64,000 bases of DNA from Kiritimatiellia bacterium (lineage in GTDB: Bacteria; Verrucomicrobiota; Kiritimatiellia; JAAZAB01), in assembly GCA_040767085.1 (NCBI GenBank), contig JAXGPF010000004.1, forward strand, positions 288,001-352,000. The letters run 5' to 3'. A program made the position numbers and the translations under genes. Within the stretch, counting starts at the first letter, position 1. Each line of letters begins with the position of its first letter. Of this stretch, positions 10,627 to 19,552 are shown piece by piece. Under the pieces are notes generated by a model, which was given only the letters and a program-made list of their open reading frames with translations, was not told the DNA's origin and searched no databases.

Positions 10627-12912
10627 ATGCCGCGCAATCCCTCCCTGCGACAACGCTTGACCGCCCTGATGGCCGCCGCTTTCATGGCGGCCATCCTGCC
10701 GGCGGCCGCCGCGCCGGTGACTCCCGACACCGCGCGCGCCGCCGCCGCCGGCTGGCTGGCTCTGCTCCACAACCCGCTGCGCGCCTTGCCAAACCGCGCA
10801 GTGCAGTCCGTGCACCTGCACCGCGCGGCGGATGGGTCGCCGCTGGTTTACGAAGCGCGTCTGCAGCCCGCCGGCTTTCTACTGGTTCCGGTGGACGACG
10901 GATTGGAACCGGTCTTAGCGTTCGCCGCGCGCGGCAATTTCGACCCGTCGCCCGCGCATCCGCTGGGCGCGCTGGCAGCCGGCGACCTGGCGGGCCGCAT
11001 GGCCGCGCTGCGCCTTCAATCGGCCGCCGGCCGCCGCCAGACCAACCGGCGGAAATGGGATTGTTTGATCGCGCAGCGGCGGGCCGGCATCGCCGCCGTG
11101 TCCGACGAACGCGTGCCGCCGCTGGTGCAAACCGCCTGGGACCAGATGGGTGTCGGCGGCGCGTTGTGCTACAATTACTGGACCCCCGACAATTATCCTT
11201 GCGGCTGCCTGGCAACTGCCCTGGCGCAGTTGATGCGCTACCACCGTTATCCTTTCATTGGCGTCGGCACGCCGTCCTTCGCCATCCGCGTCAACGGCGA
11301 GGAACAAACCCGGACCTTGATGGGCGGCGACGGCCTGGGCGGCCCGTACGTCTGGGATTGGATGACGCTCGCTCCAACCGCCGCCACGCCGGTGACCAAC
11401 CGGATGGAAATCGGCGCGCTCTGCCACGATATTGGCGTAGCCGCCGGATCACACTATGACACCTGGGCCACGGGCGCCGACCTCTTAGCAGGCACGGACG
11501 CGCTCCGCGGCACTTTTTATTACAGCCAGGTGATTGACGGCTTCAACGATAATGCCGACATTACCGCGGCCCTGCCCGCCATGCTCAATCCCGGCCTGGA
11601 CGCCGGACTGCCGTCAGTGCTGGGGATTTTCTCCTCCGACAGCGGCCACGCGGTGCTCTGCGACGGCTACGGTTATGCCGCCGGCACGCTTTACCATCAC
11701 CTGAACCTGGGCTGGGGCGCGTCGCTCGCCGCGGATAATGCCTGGTATGCCCTGCCCACCGTGGATACTTCCGCACTCGATTATAATGTCATCCGTATCT
11801 GCGCGTATAATATTTTTACCCACGGCGCGGGCGAAATCATCAGCGGCCGGATCACGGATTCCTACGGCCTCCCCCTGGCCGACGCCGCCCTGACCATCGC
11901 CATTCATGACGGCCCTACCCTGACGGCGACCTCCAGCAGCCGCGGTATTTACGCCTTCGTCCCCGTCCCCTCCAACCGCGCGGCCGATCTTTACGCCGCC
12001 AAGGCCGGTTACCGCTTCACCCCCCGGACGGTCCGCACCGGCGCGTCCCAAAGCGATGGCATTACCTGCGGCAACCTGTGGAACGTGGATTTCACCGGCT
12101 GGCTTTCCAACCTGCCCGTGCCGGCGGAATATGACGGCGACGGCCGCGCCGACCCCGCCTGGTATGACGAATCAACCGGCTTCTGGAAAGTCTGGCAATC
12201 CGCCCGGGATTACGAGGTCATTACTTTCCATTTCGGCGGACCGGGCTGGATGGCCGTCCCCGCCGACTACGATGGCGACGGCCTGGCCGATCCCGCCATC
12301 TACCACACCGCCGCCGGCCAATGGATGGTCCTGCGATCCAGCGATGAACACCGCCTGCTGGCTACTCAAGCGCCTTTCGGCGGACCGGGCTGGATGGCCG
12401 CCCCCGCCGACTACGATGGCGACGGCCGCGCCGACCCCGCCATCTACCAGGCCGCCGCCGGCGCCTGGCAGGCATTGCTCTCCAGCGAGAATTACTTCCC
12501 GCGAGCCCCCCAGGCAACCTGCGGCGGGCCAGGCTGGATGCCGGTCCCCGCCGATTACGATGGCGACCGACGCGCCGACCCCGCCGTGCATCAAGCGCCA
12601 GCCTGGCGGGTGCTGCTTTCCGGCGATTATTACCAGCCGATCAGCGCGGCATTTGACGAGGGTGACGCCATTCAGGCCGTGCCCGCCGATTACGATGGCG
12701 ACGGCAAAGCCGATCCGGCGGTTTTCCAGCCTGCCGCCGGCCAGTGGATTATCCACCGTTCATCCGAGAATTACCGCCGTCTGGCGATTCCCTTCGGCGG
12801 CGCCGGCCAGGCGGCGGCGCCGGCAGATTACAACGGAGACGGCCGGGCGGACCTTGGGCTGTATGCCATCAACGATGATTCCTGGCAGACGCTGGAAGTT
12901 GACCGCCGGTAA
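10627..12912 (+). CDS. Secreted C10 (streptopain-like) cysteine peptidase with prodomain, Ig-like domain and six FG-GAP-like repeats
   Basis: Signal peptide; PLVQTAWDQ; catalytic GCLATALAQLM and GHAVLCDGY; YHHLNLGWG; six PA(D/E)Y(D/N)GD..AD repeats at the C-terminus. Confidence 0.88.
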   Translation: MPRNPSLRQRLTALMAAAFMAAILPAAAAPVTPDTARAAAAGWLALLHNPLRALPNRAVQSVHLHRAADGSPLVYEARLQPAGFLLVPVDDGLEPVLAFAARGNFDPSPAHPLGALAAGDLAGRMAALRLQSAAGRRQTNRRKWDCLIAQRRAGIAAVSDERVPPLVQTAWDQMGVGGALCYNYWTPDNYPCGCLATALAQLMRYHRYPFIGVGTPSFAIRVNGEEQTRTLMGGDGLGGPYVWDWMTLAPTAATPVTNRMEIGALCHDIGVAAGSHYDTWATGADLLAGTDALRGTFYYSQVIDGFNDNADITAALPAMLNPGLDAGLPSVLGIFSSDSGHAVLCDGYGYAAGTLYHHLNLGWGASLAADNAWYALPTVDTSALDYNVIRICAYNIFTHGAGEIISGRITDSYGLPLADAALTIAIHDGPTLTATSSSRGIYAFVPVPSNRAADLYAAKAGYRFTPRTVRTGASQSDGITCGNLWNVDFTGWLSNLPVPAEYDGDGRADPAWYDESTGFWKVWQSARDYEVITFHFGGPGWMAVPADYDGDGLADPAIYHTAAGQWMVLRSSDEHRLLATQAPFGGPGWMAAPADYDGDGRADPAIYQAAAGAWQALLSSENYFPRAPQATCGGPGWMPVPADYDGDRRADPAVHQAPAWRVLLSGDYYQPISAAFDEGDAIQAVPADYDGDGKADPAVFQPAAGQWIIHRSSENYRRLAIPFGGAGQAAAPADYNGDGRADLGLYAINDDSWQTLEVDRR

Positions 12913-12915
12913 AAC

Positions 12916-14136
12916 TCAATGCTGCGGATTCCAGTATTCCATGTGGGGCCGCAACTGCAGCCGGCCGGTTTCCTGGCCGATCTCGCACATCAGGCAGGCG
13001 GCAAACAGCAAGAATAAAAGCCAGCCGGCCATTTTCACCAGCGGTGCGGTTGATTTCTTGATGAAAATCACCGCCGGCAGAATGCCGAACAGCACCACTA
13101 TCCCCACGCCCCCCACAATATTCAGCGCCTTCAGGAAAATATCCGGGTACACCATCGCAATGACCAGGGGCGGGCCGAAAGTCACCGCCACATTCGCCGT
13201 CCGGCTGCGCACCCGGCAGTGATTCTCAAGCATATCCCTGACAAATCCCATCAGCCCCAGGCCATTCGCCAAGTAGGAAGTGATGATCGCCAGCAGGGCA
13301 AAGATCATGCCAAACAGGGTGAAAAATCTGGAATTCAGGATGCGCGACATCGGCACCGTCGCCGGCAGATTCGCGTGAAAAGCCGACAGAATCCCATTGG
13401 CGCTGGCATCCAGCGGCAGCACCCCCAACCCCGCCATGATCCAGGCCGCATTCATCAGAAACCCGAGCAGCATGCCCGCCAGCATGACCTTCCATATCCG
13501 GCCGAAGTTCCAATCCAGGCTGACGCAGACATTGGGAATCACATTGTGGAAATGGAAGGCGGTAATGATAATCGGCGCCGCCGCCGGCAGGTAGGCCCAA
13601 TCCTTCCAGGCGAAATGCGCCGGATCTACGCGCCGCCAGGCCAGGGCCAGGATCAAGGCAAACGCGGCCAGCATCACCACCATGATCAACGCGTTATAGC
13701 GCAGGAACAGGCGGCTGTTCAGCAGGGCCAAGGCCGTGACCACCACAAACAACCCCGGCATCAGCAGTCCCCGCCAGACCTCCGGCACATTGAGCAGTTG
13801 TCCGATGATCGCGGCGCCGCCGGTCAGATAAGCCACCAAAAGACCATAAAGAATCAACATGTTGGCCAGAATGGCAACCCACTTGCCGAGCCGGCCCAGG
13901 TAACGCTGATACAGGCTGGGGTAATTGAAATTGGCCGCCCGCACCGTAACCGCCTCCCGCCCCAGGATCAACGCCGACCAGAACATCGCCCCGCCCAAAA
14001 CCGCCATCCCGGCCAGGGACGGCCAAAGCCCCGCCAGGCCGGTGTTGATCGGCAGCGCCAGGATGCCCGCGCCGATCAAGTTGCCCAGCACCAGGAAAGA
14101 CACGCCTGCCAGCAATAACCAGGATTTGCAGTTCAT
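12916..14136 (-). CDS. Aromatic amino acid permease (TyrP/Mtr family)
   Basis: GNLIGAGILALP, TAFHFHNVIP, AIITSYL; about 11 TM segments. Confidence 0.85.
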   Translation of the reverse strand: MNCKSWLLLAGVSFLVLGNLIGAGILALPINTGLAGLWPSLAGMAVLGGAMFWSALILGREAVTVRAANFNYPSLYQRYLGRLGKWVAILANMLILYGLLVAYLTGGAAIIGQLLNVPEVWRGLLMPGLFVVVTALALLNSRLFLRYNALIMVVMLAAFALILALAWRRVDPAHFAWKDWAYLPAAAPIIITAFHFHNVIPNVCVSLDWNFGRIWKVMLAGMLLGFLMNAAWIMAGLGVLPLDASANGILSAFHANLPATVPMSRILNSRFFTLFGMIFALLAIITSYLANGLGLMGFVRDMLENHCRVRSRTANVAVTFGPPLVIAMVYPDIFLKALNIVGGVGIVVLFGILPAVIFIKKSTAPLVKMAGWLLFLLFAACLMCEIGQETGRLQLRPHMEYWNPQH

Positions 14137-14245
14137 AATATTTCCTAAAAATAAAATTGCTTTAGCCGTTTCATCCTTATATTATTCCCCCTGTTTTTGC
14201 AAATGCAAAATCCCGGCGCGGACATCCGCCGCCGGGGGCGCGCAT

Positions 14246-14321
<76 letters not shown>

Positions 14322-14476
14322 CCTTCCCCGTTAGCCATCCCGCCCGCGGCCGCGTTTTCCCGCACCCGCGCCTGATTTTGACCTGGGGCCGTAGCGCTTC
14401 CGCCGCCTCGCACACCGATCCAAAATTGCATGTTCTGCGCTTGACCAATTTGCCATATCGCCGCTAACATGTCCGC

Positions 14477-15601
14477 ATGGAAACCATGACATCCCGCGAG
14501 CGCATGATCTCGGTGATGCGGGGCGAGTTGCCCGACCGGGTCCCGTTTTTCCCGACGATTTACACCGATTACGCCTGCGCTGCCTGCGGCCATGCGTTTG
14601 AAGACGCCATCGTCAACCCGGCGTTCGGCGCGCAATGCATGCTCGGCGCCGCCCGCCGGAACCGGACAGACGCCGTGCGGTTCCGGCTGGGTCCGGGAAC
14701 CGCCTGGTACGCAGAGAAAGCCGTCGTGGCCTGCGACGGGCGACTGTTGCAAATTGACCGCAAGACCGGCGTCAGGGAAGGCCGGTTTGACGTCGAAGGC
14801 GGCGGCGCCTTCCATCCGGAAGAACCGCCGGCGCCTTGCGACACGCTGGCGGCCGTCCGCGCCCTGCCCGTGCCGTCGGCGGCGGAATACCTGCAACGCG
14901 GCTGCCTCCAAGACGCCCAGCCATGCATCCAGGCAGCCCGGCGCGATGGGTTGTTTACCGTGGCCATGTGCAGCGGCCAGACGATCAATTTCATGGTCGC
15001 GCAATTGGGCGACACCGCCACGGCGTTGATGTATTTGATTGACAACCCGGCATTGGCCCGGGAGTTGATCGCTAAAGCCGTGGCCATCACCCTGGAACAG
15101 ACCAAGGCCTTCATTCAAACCGGCGTGGATTGCGTCTATATCGGCGATTCCTACGCCTCCGCGAGCGTGATTTCACCCGATATCTACGAGCAGTTCTGCG
15201 CGCCAGCCTACCGGGAGATGGCGCGGGAAATTCACCGCCAGGGCGTGTTTTGCTACAAACATTGCTGCGGCAATTACAATCCCCTGCTGGAGCGTCTGCC
15301 GCAAATCGGGATTGACGCCATGGATGGCATTGATCCCACCAGCGGCATGTCGGTGCTGGAGACCAAACGCCGCATCGGCGCGCACCTGACGCTTATGGGC
15401 GGTATCAGTTGCCTGACATTGCTGAAGGGCACGCCGGATGAGGTGTATGCCGAGGCCCGGCAATGCGTGCTGGCCGGCAAACCGGGCGGACGTTACGCGC
15501 TGGGCAGCGCCTGCGCCGTCCCGCGCCATACTCCGCCCGCGAACCTGGACGCCGCGCGACAGGCGGCCGTTGATCACGGGCAATACGCCCAAAACGCTTG
15601 A
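14477..15601 (+). CDS. Uroporphyrinogen decarboxylase/MtaA-CmuA superfamily protein
   Basis: MTSRER...G..PDRVP start, ISPDIYEQF..P, KHCCG, LMGGI, GGRYALGSACAVP..TP..N motifs. Confidence 0.85.
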   Translation: METMTSRERMISVMRGELPDRVPFFPTIYTDYACAACGHAFEDAIVNPAFGAQCMLGAARRNRTDAVRFRLGPGTAWYAEKAVVACDGRLLQIDRKTGVREGRFDVEGGGAFHPEEPPAPCDTLAAVRALPVPSAAEYLQRGCLQDAQPCIQAARRDGLFTVAMCSGQTINFMVAQLGDTATALMYLIDNPALARELIAKAVAITLEQTKAFIQTGVDCVYIGDSYASASVISPDIYEQFCAPAYREMAREIHRQGVFCYKHCCGNYNPLLERLPQIGIDAMDGIDPTSGMSVLETKRRIGAHLTLMGGISCLTLLKGTPDEVYAEARQCVLAGKPGGRYALGSACAVPRHTPPANLDAARQAAVDHGQYAQNA

Positions 15602-15602
15602 A

Positions 15603-15620
15603 TCCGGCGGTCCCGCCGGA
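15603..15620. terminator. GC-rich hairpin between convergent genes
   Basis: TCCGGCG-GTCC-CGCCGGA directly after the UroD-like stop; no U-tract. Confidence 0.3.
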
Positions 15621-15687
15621 AGGCGGACAGGCATCCAGCCCCAGGCGCAGACCCGGAGGGGATCACCTTAAGTTTGGCCGGCGCGCT

Positions 15688-16602
15688 TTATTTGGCCGGA
15701 TGGACGGTCATGCCCTTGTCGGGCTTGCCGGAAATGACTTCACAATAGCTGATCTTTTCCTTGACGGAAGCAACCTTGATCTGGCCGGCCTGCTTCAATT
15801 CCGTGTCCAGCACCTCGCCGGTGTCATCGTCCACCAGGGTCTCCACCGCGCCGACATCAAACACCTGGCCGACTTCCACGCCCTCGCGCGTGCCGCGGTT
15901 GATAATGACCTTGTCGCCAGCCTTGATGACCGAACCTTCCCAGGGAATACTTTCAAGCTGCTTTTCCAGATATTCCACCGCCTGCACCACCGCATTCTCG
16001 CAGGCCTTGCCCACATTGTCCTTCTTAAAACCATCCGCATTGCCGCCAAAGGCTGATCCGCTATAGCCAATATTCAATCCACGCCGGCCGGCCTGCCCGA
16101 CCACCTTGGTGGAGGACTTGACCTGGCCGGTGGTGGAATCAACAATATAAATGGTGATATTTACTTCCGCCTTGTCCTTGGCGCCGCCGAGGGAAAAACC
16201 CTTGAAACTGATCCCGCCCCCGCCGCCGGTGGTGCTGTCCTGCACATGCGTCACCTCGCCCTTGACCAGCAACTGCGCGGGCGTCATCTGCCCGGTTTTG
16301 GGCGCCTTTTTGCCGCCGGCTACCCGGCCGGACGCCGCTAAATCCTGCTCCAACATGGCTTCGCCGCGCATATCCTTCTCACCCAGCACCACAAACTTGC
16401 CGGAGGCCTGCAAGGCATCCGTCAGAATCGAACCGAAGGCATCGCCGATTTCCCACTGCCCATGCCAGCCGGCCCGATTTTCAAATTTGGCAACACTGAT
16501 GGTGTAACGCAGATTCCCGGTGGCGCTGAAAACCTGGGACGCGAACAACCCTACCGCCGCCAGCAATGCCATCCGCCCAGCCATCACGATTCGTGTCTGC
16601 AT
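15688..16602 (-). CDS. Secreted CsgG/HfaB-family protein with FlgT-like C-terminal beta domain
   Basis: Signal peptide; ISVAKFEN...LTDALQASGKFVVL...EQDL...AQLLVKGEVT...IVDSTTGQV (CsgG-like); VIINRG..EGV..G..F.V...L.D.DTGEVL (FlgT-C-like); GGAGG RBS. Confidence 0.8.
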   Translation of the reverse strand: MQTRIVMAGRMALLAAVGLFASQVFSATGNLRYTISVAKFENRAGWHGQWEIGDAFGSILTDALQASGKFVVLGEKDMRGEAMLEQDLAASGRVAGGKKAPKTGQMTPAQLLVKGEVTHVQDSTTGGGGGISFKGFSLGGAKDKAEVNITIYIVDSTTGQVKSSTKVVGQAGRRGLNIGYSGSAFGGNADGFKKDNVGKACENAVVQAVEYLEKQLESIPWEGSVIKAGDKVIINRGTREGVEVGQVFDVGAVETLVDDDTGEVLDTELKQAGQIKVASVKEKISYCEVISGKPDKGMTVHPAK

Positions 16603-16807
16603 AATGCCTCCCATGCCTTTCAAACGACGATAACAATGGCCTCAATTCCCACGTTACTATACTTCTATATGGCAAAATTGTTTTTAAAAGTCAATATGCA
16701 AACAGGAAACGGCAATGGCCATGTTCTTATTTTTAGCGATTTTGCGGGCGGTACGGGGGTCAACCGGCTATGTTTTAGAAATTTAATCAGTTAAGGACGT
16801 TGACTTA

Positions 16808-16877
16808 AACCAACGTTGCCGGCTTGAGCAGGGGAAATGCCGCTGTCCCCTTGTCCGGCGGAAGCATTCCGTTGTGG
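16808..16877 (-). mobile_element. attC-like site after distal integron cassette (degenerate)
   Basis: Minus strand just after the stop: CCACAAC-ggaat-GCTTCCGC...AGGGGA/TCCCCT hairpin...GCTCAAGC-cggcaac-GTTGGTT, i.e. AAC...GTT ends with inner inverted boxes. Confidence 0.5.
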
Positions 16878-16885
16878 GGCACTTC

Positions 16886-17719
16886 CTATTGTCCCAGCCT
16901 GTATTCGCGGAAGCTCTGGTGAATGTTGCCGTCGATCCGGACAACCGCTTCTCCTTTTCCATTCTCGCCAGGCAACAGCTTGTACCAGACGAATTCGTTG
17001 CGGGCGTTGATCCGGTCAAGGTCCGCGGTAAATCCGTCCACGGCCCTGCGCATGGCCTTCTCGAAATCCTTGGCGACAAAAAACCTCGCGAATCCATCCG
17101 TGTTCGTGTAGTCGCGCCAGGCGGTATAACCCCACATGGCCATGGGTTCCGCTGGGTCGGGGATGTACAGAGTTGTCCGCTGGACGAAGTCCAGATTGTC
17201 GAGGGTTTTGACGACGTCGTACAGGTCACGCGGGACGTCGTTCTGCGGCGGAGCAGGGAACGCGCCAACCAGCCCGACGATCTTCGGCTGGAAATTGCCG
17301 ACCTGTTCGGCAGCCAGTTGCTTGAACACCCCGCACCGCTGCGTCAGCACGATGTAATCAAGCAACGCGCAGCAACCGACCAGCAGGGCCATGACGGCTA
17401 CCACGCCCAACATCCTTGCGGCATAAGTCCTCTTCGGCGCATCCGGGACTTCCTGCTGGTTGGTCCGCGACTGGACGAATTGTTTGAAGTCCCGGACCGA
17501 TTCCTGCATGGCAATGATCACAGCCATCACGGCGCCAAATCCTGCCAACGCCATGCACGACCCGAAAACGCCGTACAGGCACGCCTCCAGTTTTGGGCCA
17601 AAGATATCCCAGTTCAGCGCTGCGTTGAATATACCGAGGACGACGAGCACCGCGCCGATTGTCAGCAGGATCAGCGTGAAGGACACAACCAAGCTCAGCA
17701 GTTTGACTTTAGTTTTCAG
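16886..17719 (-). CDS. Hypothetical membrane protein (3 TM + soluble domain), probable integron cassette 2
   Basis: Open frame extends 9 codons beyond the track ORF to CTG 17719 (LKTKVKLLS) with AAGGGAGAG upstream; bounded by attC-like sites on both sides. Confidence 0.7.
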   Translation of the reverse strand: MKTKVKLLSLVVSFTLILLTIGAVLVVLGIFNAALNWDIFGPKLEACLYGVFGSCMALAGFGAVMAVIIAMQESVRDFKQFVQSRTNQQEVPDAPKRTYAARMLGVVAVMALLVGCCALLDYIVLTQRCGVFKQLAAEQVGNFQPKIVGLVGAFPAPPQNDVPRDLYDVVKTLDNLDFVQRTTLYIPDPAEPMAMWGYTAWRDYTNTDGFARFFVAKDFEKAMRRAVDGFTADLDRINARNEFVWYKLLPGENGKGEAVVRIDGNIHQSFREYRLGQ

Positions 17720-17773
17720 AATCTCTCCCTTGTGGCGCAGTGCAAGCCGTCGCCTCGAAGGCGTGGTTGGCGA
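17716..17773 (-). mobile_element. attC-like site between cassettes (degenerate)
   Basis: Minus strand: CGCCAAC-cacg-CCTTCGAGGCG-acggcttgcactg-CGCCACAAGG-gagag-ATTCTGA; L boxes pair with one bulged base; final core reads ATT rather than GTT. Confidence 0.55.
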
Positions 17774-17814
17774 TGTTCTCTATTCTGACAGAAACGCTCC
17801 GCTCGTTGAAGGGG

Positions 17815-18756
17815 TCATATCTTCAGGACAACTTCTGCTCCACCCGCGTCAATCTCGAGGATCGCCGCCAGCAGCAGTTGGGTGCTGCGCACCACGTTCT
17901 CGATGTTCACGCGTTCGGCCACATCACCCGACAGATGGTATTGCGAACCGGCGTTAGGAAAAGATCCCGTATTCATCACGGTCCTGCGGAATCCGGCCTT
18001 GATAAACATGCCGTCGTCGTCATTTACTCGCTCCTTGAAGTGAACCCGCACGTTTAAGTCAATATTGTGGCGGGCGGCGCAAGCCGCGACGAATTCGGAC
18101 AGCGCTCGTCCTTCGTCAGTGCTATGGCATACAACATGCGTCAGCTTGCCGGCGGCGACATCTTCGTCCGACTTGCTGTCCAACGAGTCCACGTTCATTA
18201 CGGCGATGATATCGTCACCGCGCTCCGCGGCGGCCTCCGCTGCAAAACGGCTGGTCCAAGGGGTATGCTCCTCGTTGCAGAATAGGATACGAACTGAACG
18301 TCGGAGATCGCACGTCGCCAGAATTCTTGCCAGTTCAAGGTTGGCCACAGTGCCGGCAGTATTATCATGCGCGCCGGGCGAATCGATCCAGCTCATCGAA
18401 TCCTTGTGCGAGATCAACTGGATGATCTCCGCGGGGTGCTCGAGGCCGGGCCGGACTACCTCGAGGTTCGTCGCTTCATACCACGGGTCCTCGGGGGCGG
18501 GCCTGGAATACCAGTGATGAAGCGGTTTGCTGCTGTTACAGCGGTAAGCTTGTACCCTGTGCACGGTAGAAGCCACCTCGTAGGTGGCTGCCTCGAGTTG
18601 GCCGCGAATGAAGCCGTCCGCCTCAGCCAGCGAGTTGATGCTTTGGCCCGGTCGCGTGTAGTTAACCTTGCGAAACGTCAAGGGATCGCGGCAGAGATAG
18701 TGGAGATCGCAACGGATGCGGTCGGCCGACACTTGCTGAAGTACTTCCTGTATCAT
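17815..18756 (-). CDS. M28 family Zn peptidase, probable integron cassette 1
   Basis: SHKDS, PGAHDNTAGT, NEEH, NVDS and QYH ligand motifs; GAGGAG RBS before ATG 18756. Confidence 0.85.
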   Translation of the reverse strand: MIQEVLQQVSADRIRCDLHYLCRDPLTFRKVNYTRPGQSINSLAEADGFIRGQLEAATYEVASTVHRVQAYRCNSSKPLHHWYSRPAPEDPWYEATNLEVVRPGLEHPAEIIQLISHKDSMSWIDSPGAHDNTAGTVANLELARILATCDLRRSVRILFCNEEHTPWTSRFAAEAAAERGDDIIAVMNVDSLDSKSDEDVAAGKLTHVVCHSTDEGRALSEFVAACAARHNIDLNVRVHFKERVNDDDGMFIKAGFRRTVMNTGSFPNAGSQYHLSGDVAERVNIENVVRSTQLLLAAILEIDAGGAEVVLKI

Positions 18757-18851
18757 GACGAAGTTTCTCCTCTTGCCAAAAATAATATTATGTGTCACGC
18801 ATAGCTCGGCGCGTTTACGTCTTTATCGCAAATACCATCAGCAATACAACT

Positions 18852-18960
18852 GGAAGGCAACCAGTCTGCCGTCGTGGATGGTCGTTCGGTTCAGGGACCA
18901 AAATCCACAGTTAAATAAAAAGCATCTTACCAAAGGCGGCGGATAAGCGTCAAGGCGGTT
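18852..18960 (-). promoter_or_regulatory. Promoter-containing ~110-bp element, copy A (Pc-like, faces the cassettes)
   Basis: TTGACG-N18-TAAGAT with TG extension; 80/110 identical (hand alignment) to 58921-59030. Confidence 0.6.
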
Positions 18961-19050
18961 TTGCGTGAAAATATCGGGCAAGATGTGCCGCCGCCAGTGC
19001 CGGCAAAAGCCAATCCAGGGCCAGGGAGTGTGGGCGGGGAGACAAACTGA

Positions 19051-19401
19051 CCGTTACTGGCGGCCCGTTTGCGTGAGTATTTGAGGGTGGCACACTATTC
19101 CTATCGCACCGAACAGATCTATCTCGGATGGATATCCGGCGGCATCATGTGGACAAGCAACATCTCCAGCGCGCTGTTCGCGAGGCGGTTCGCTGTGTAG
19201 GATTGACGCTCCGGTTCCCCCCGCATTGTTTCCGCCATTTCTTTGCTACCCATCTGCTGGAGGCGGGCCAGGATATCCAAACGGTTCAGGAATTGCCCGG
19301 GCATTCCGATATTTCCACCACCATGATCTACACTCATGTATTACACTCATGTATTGAACAAAGATCCCATGGGCGTTGTCAGCCCATTGGACACGCTCTG
19401 A
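19051..19401 (+). pseudogene. intI: Integron integrase remnant
   Basis: Frame 19051: [22 protein letters not shown] (IntI N-domain). Shifted frame: IRRHHV...LQRAV...[40 protein letters not shown]. After a 13-nt tandem duplication: [14 protein letters not shown]. Confidence 0.9.
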
Positions 19402-19552
19402 TCGGCAAATGTCAATGATCTGCAATATTGTGAATCTTGTGCATTTTGTGTCTAAATCCTGCTTGTCAACAACATAACGCGTTTTGTATAATTTTGGTTT
19501 TTGGCGGGGTAAACCCGTCGGGGGACTTTTGAAATTGGCTGACCGGATAACA

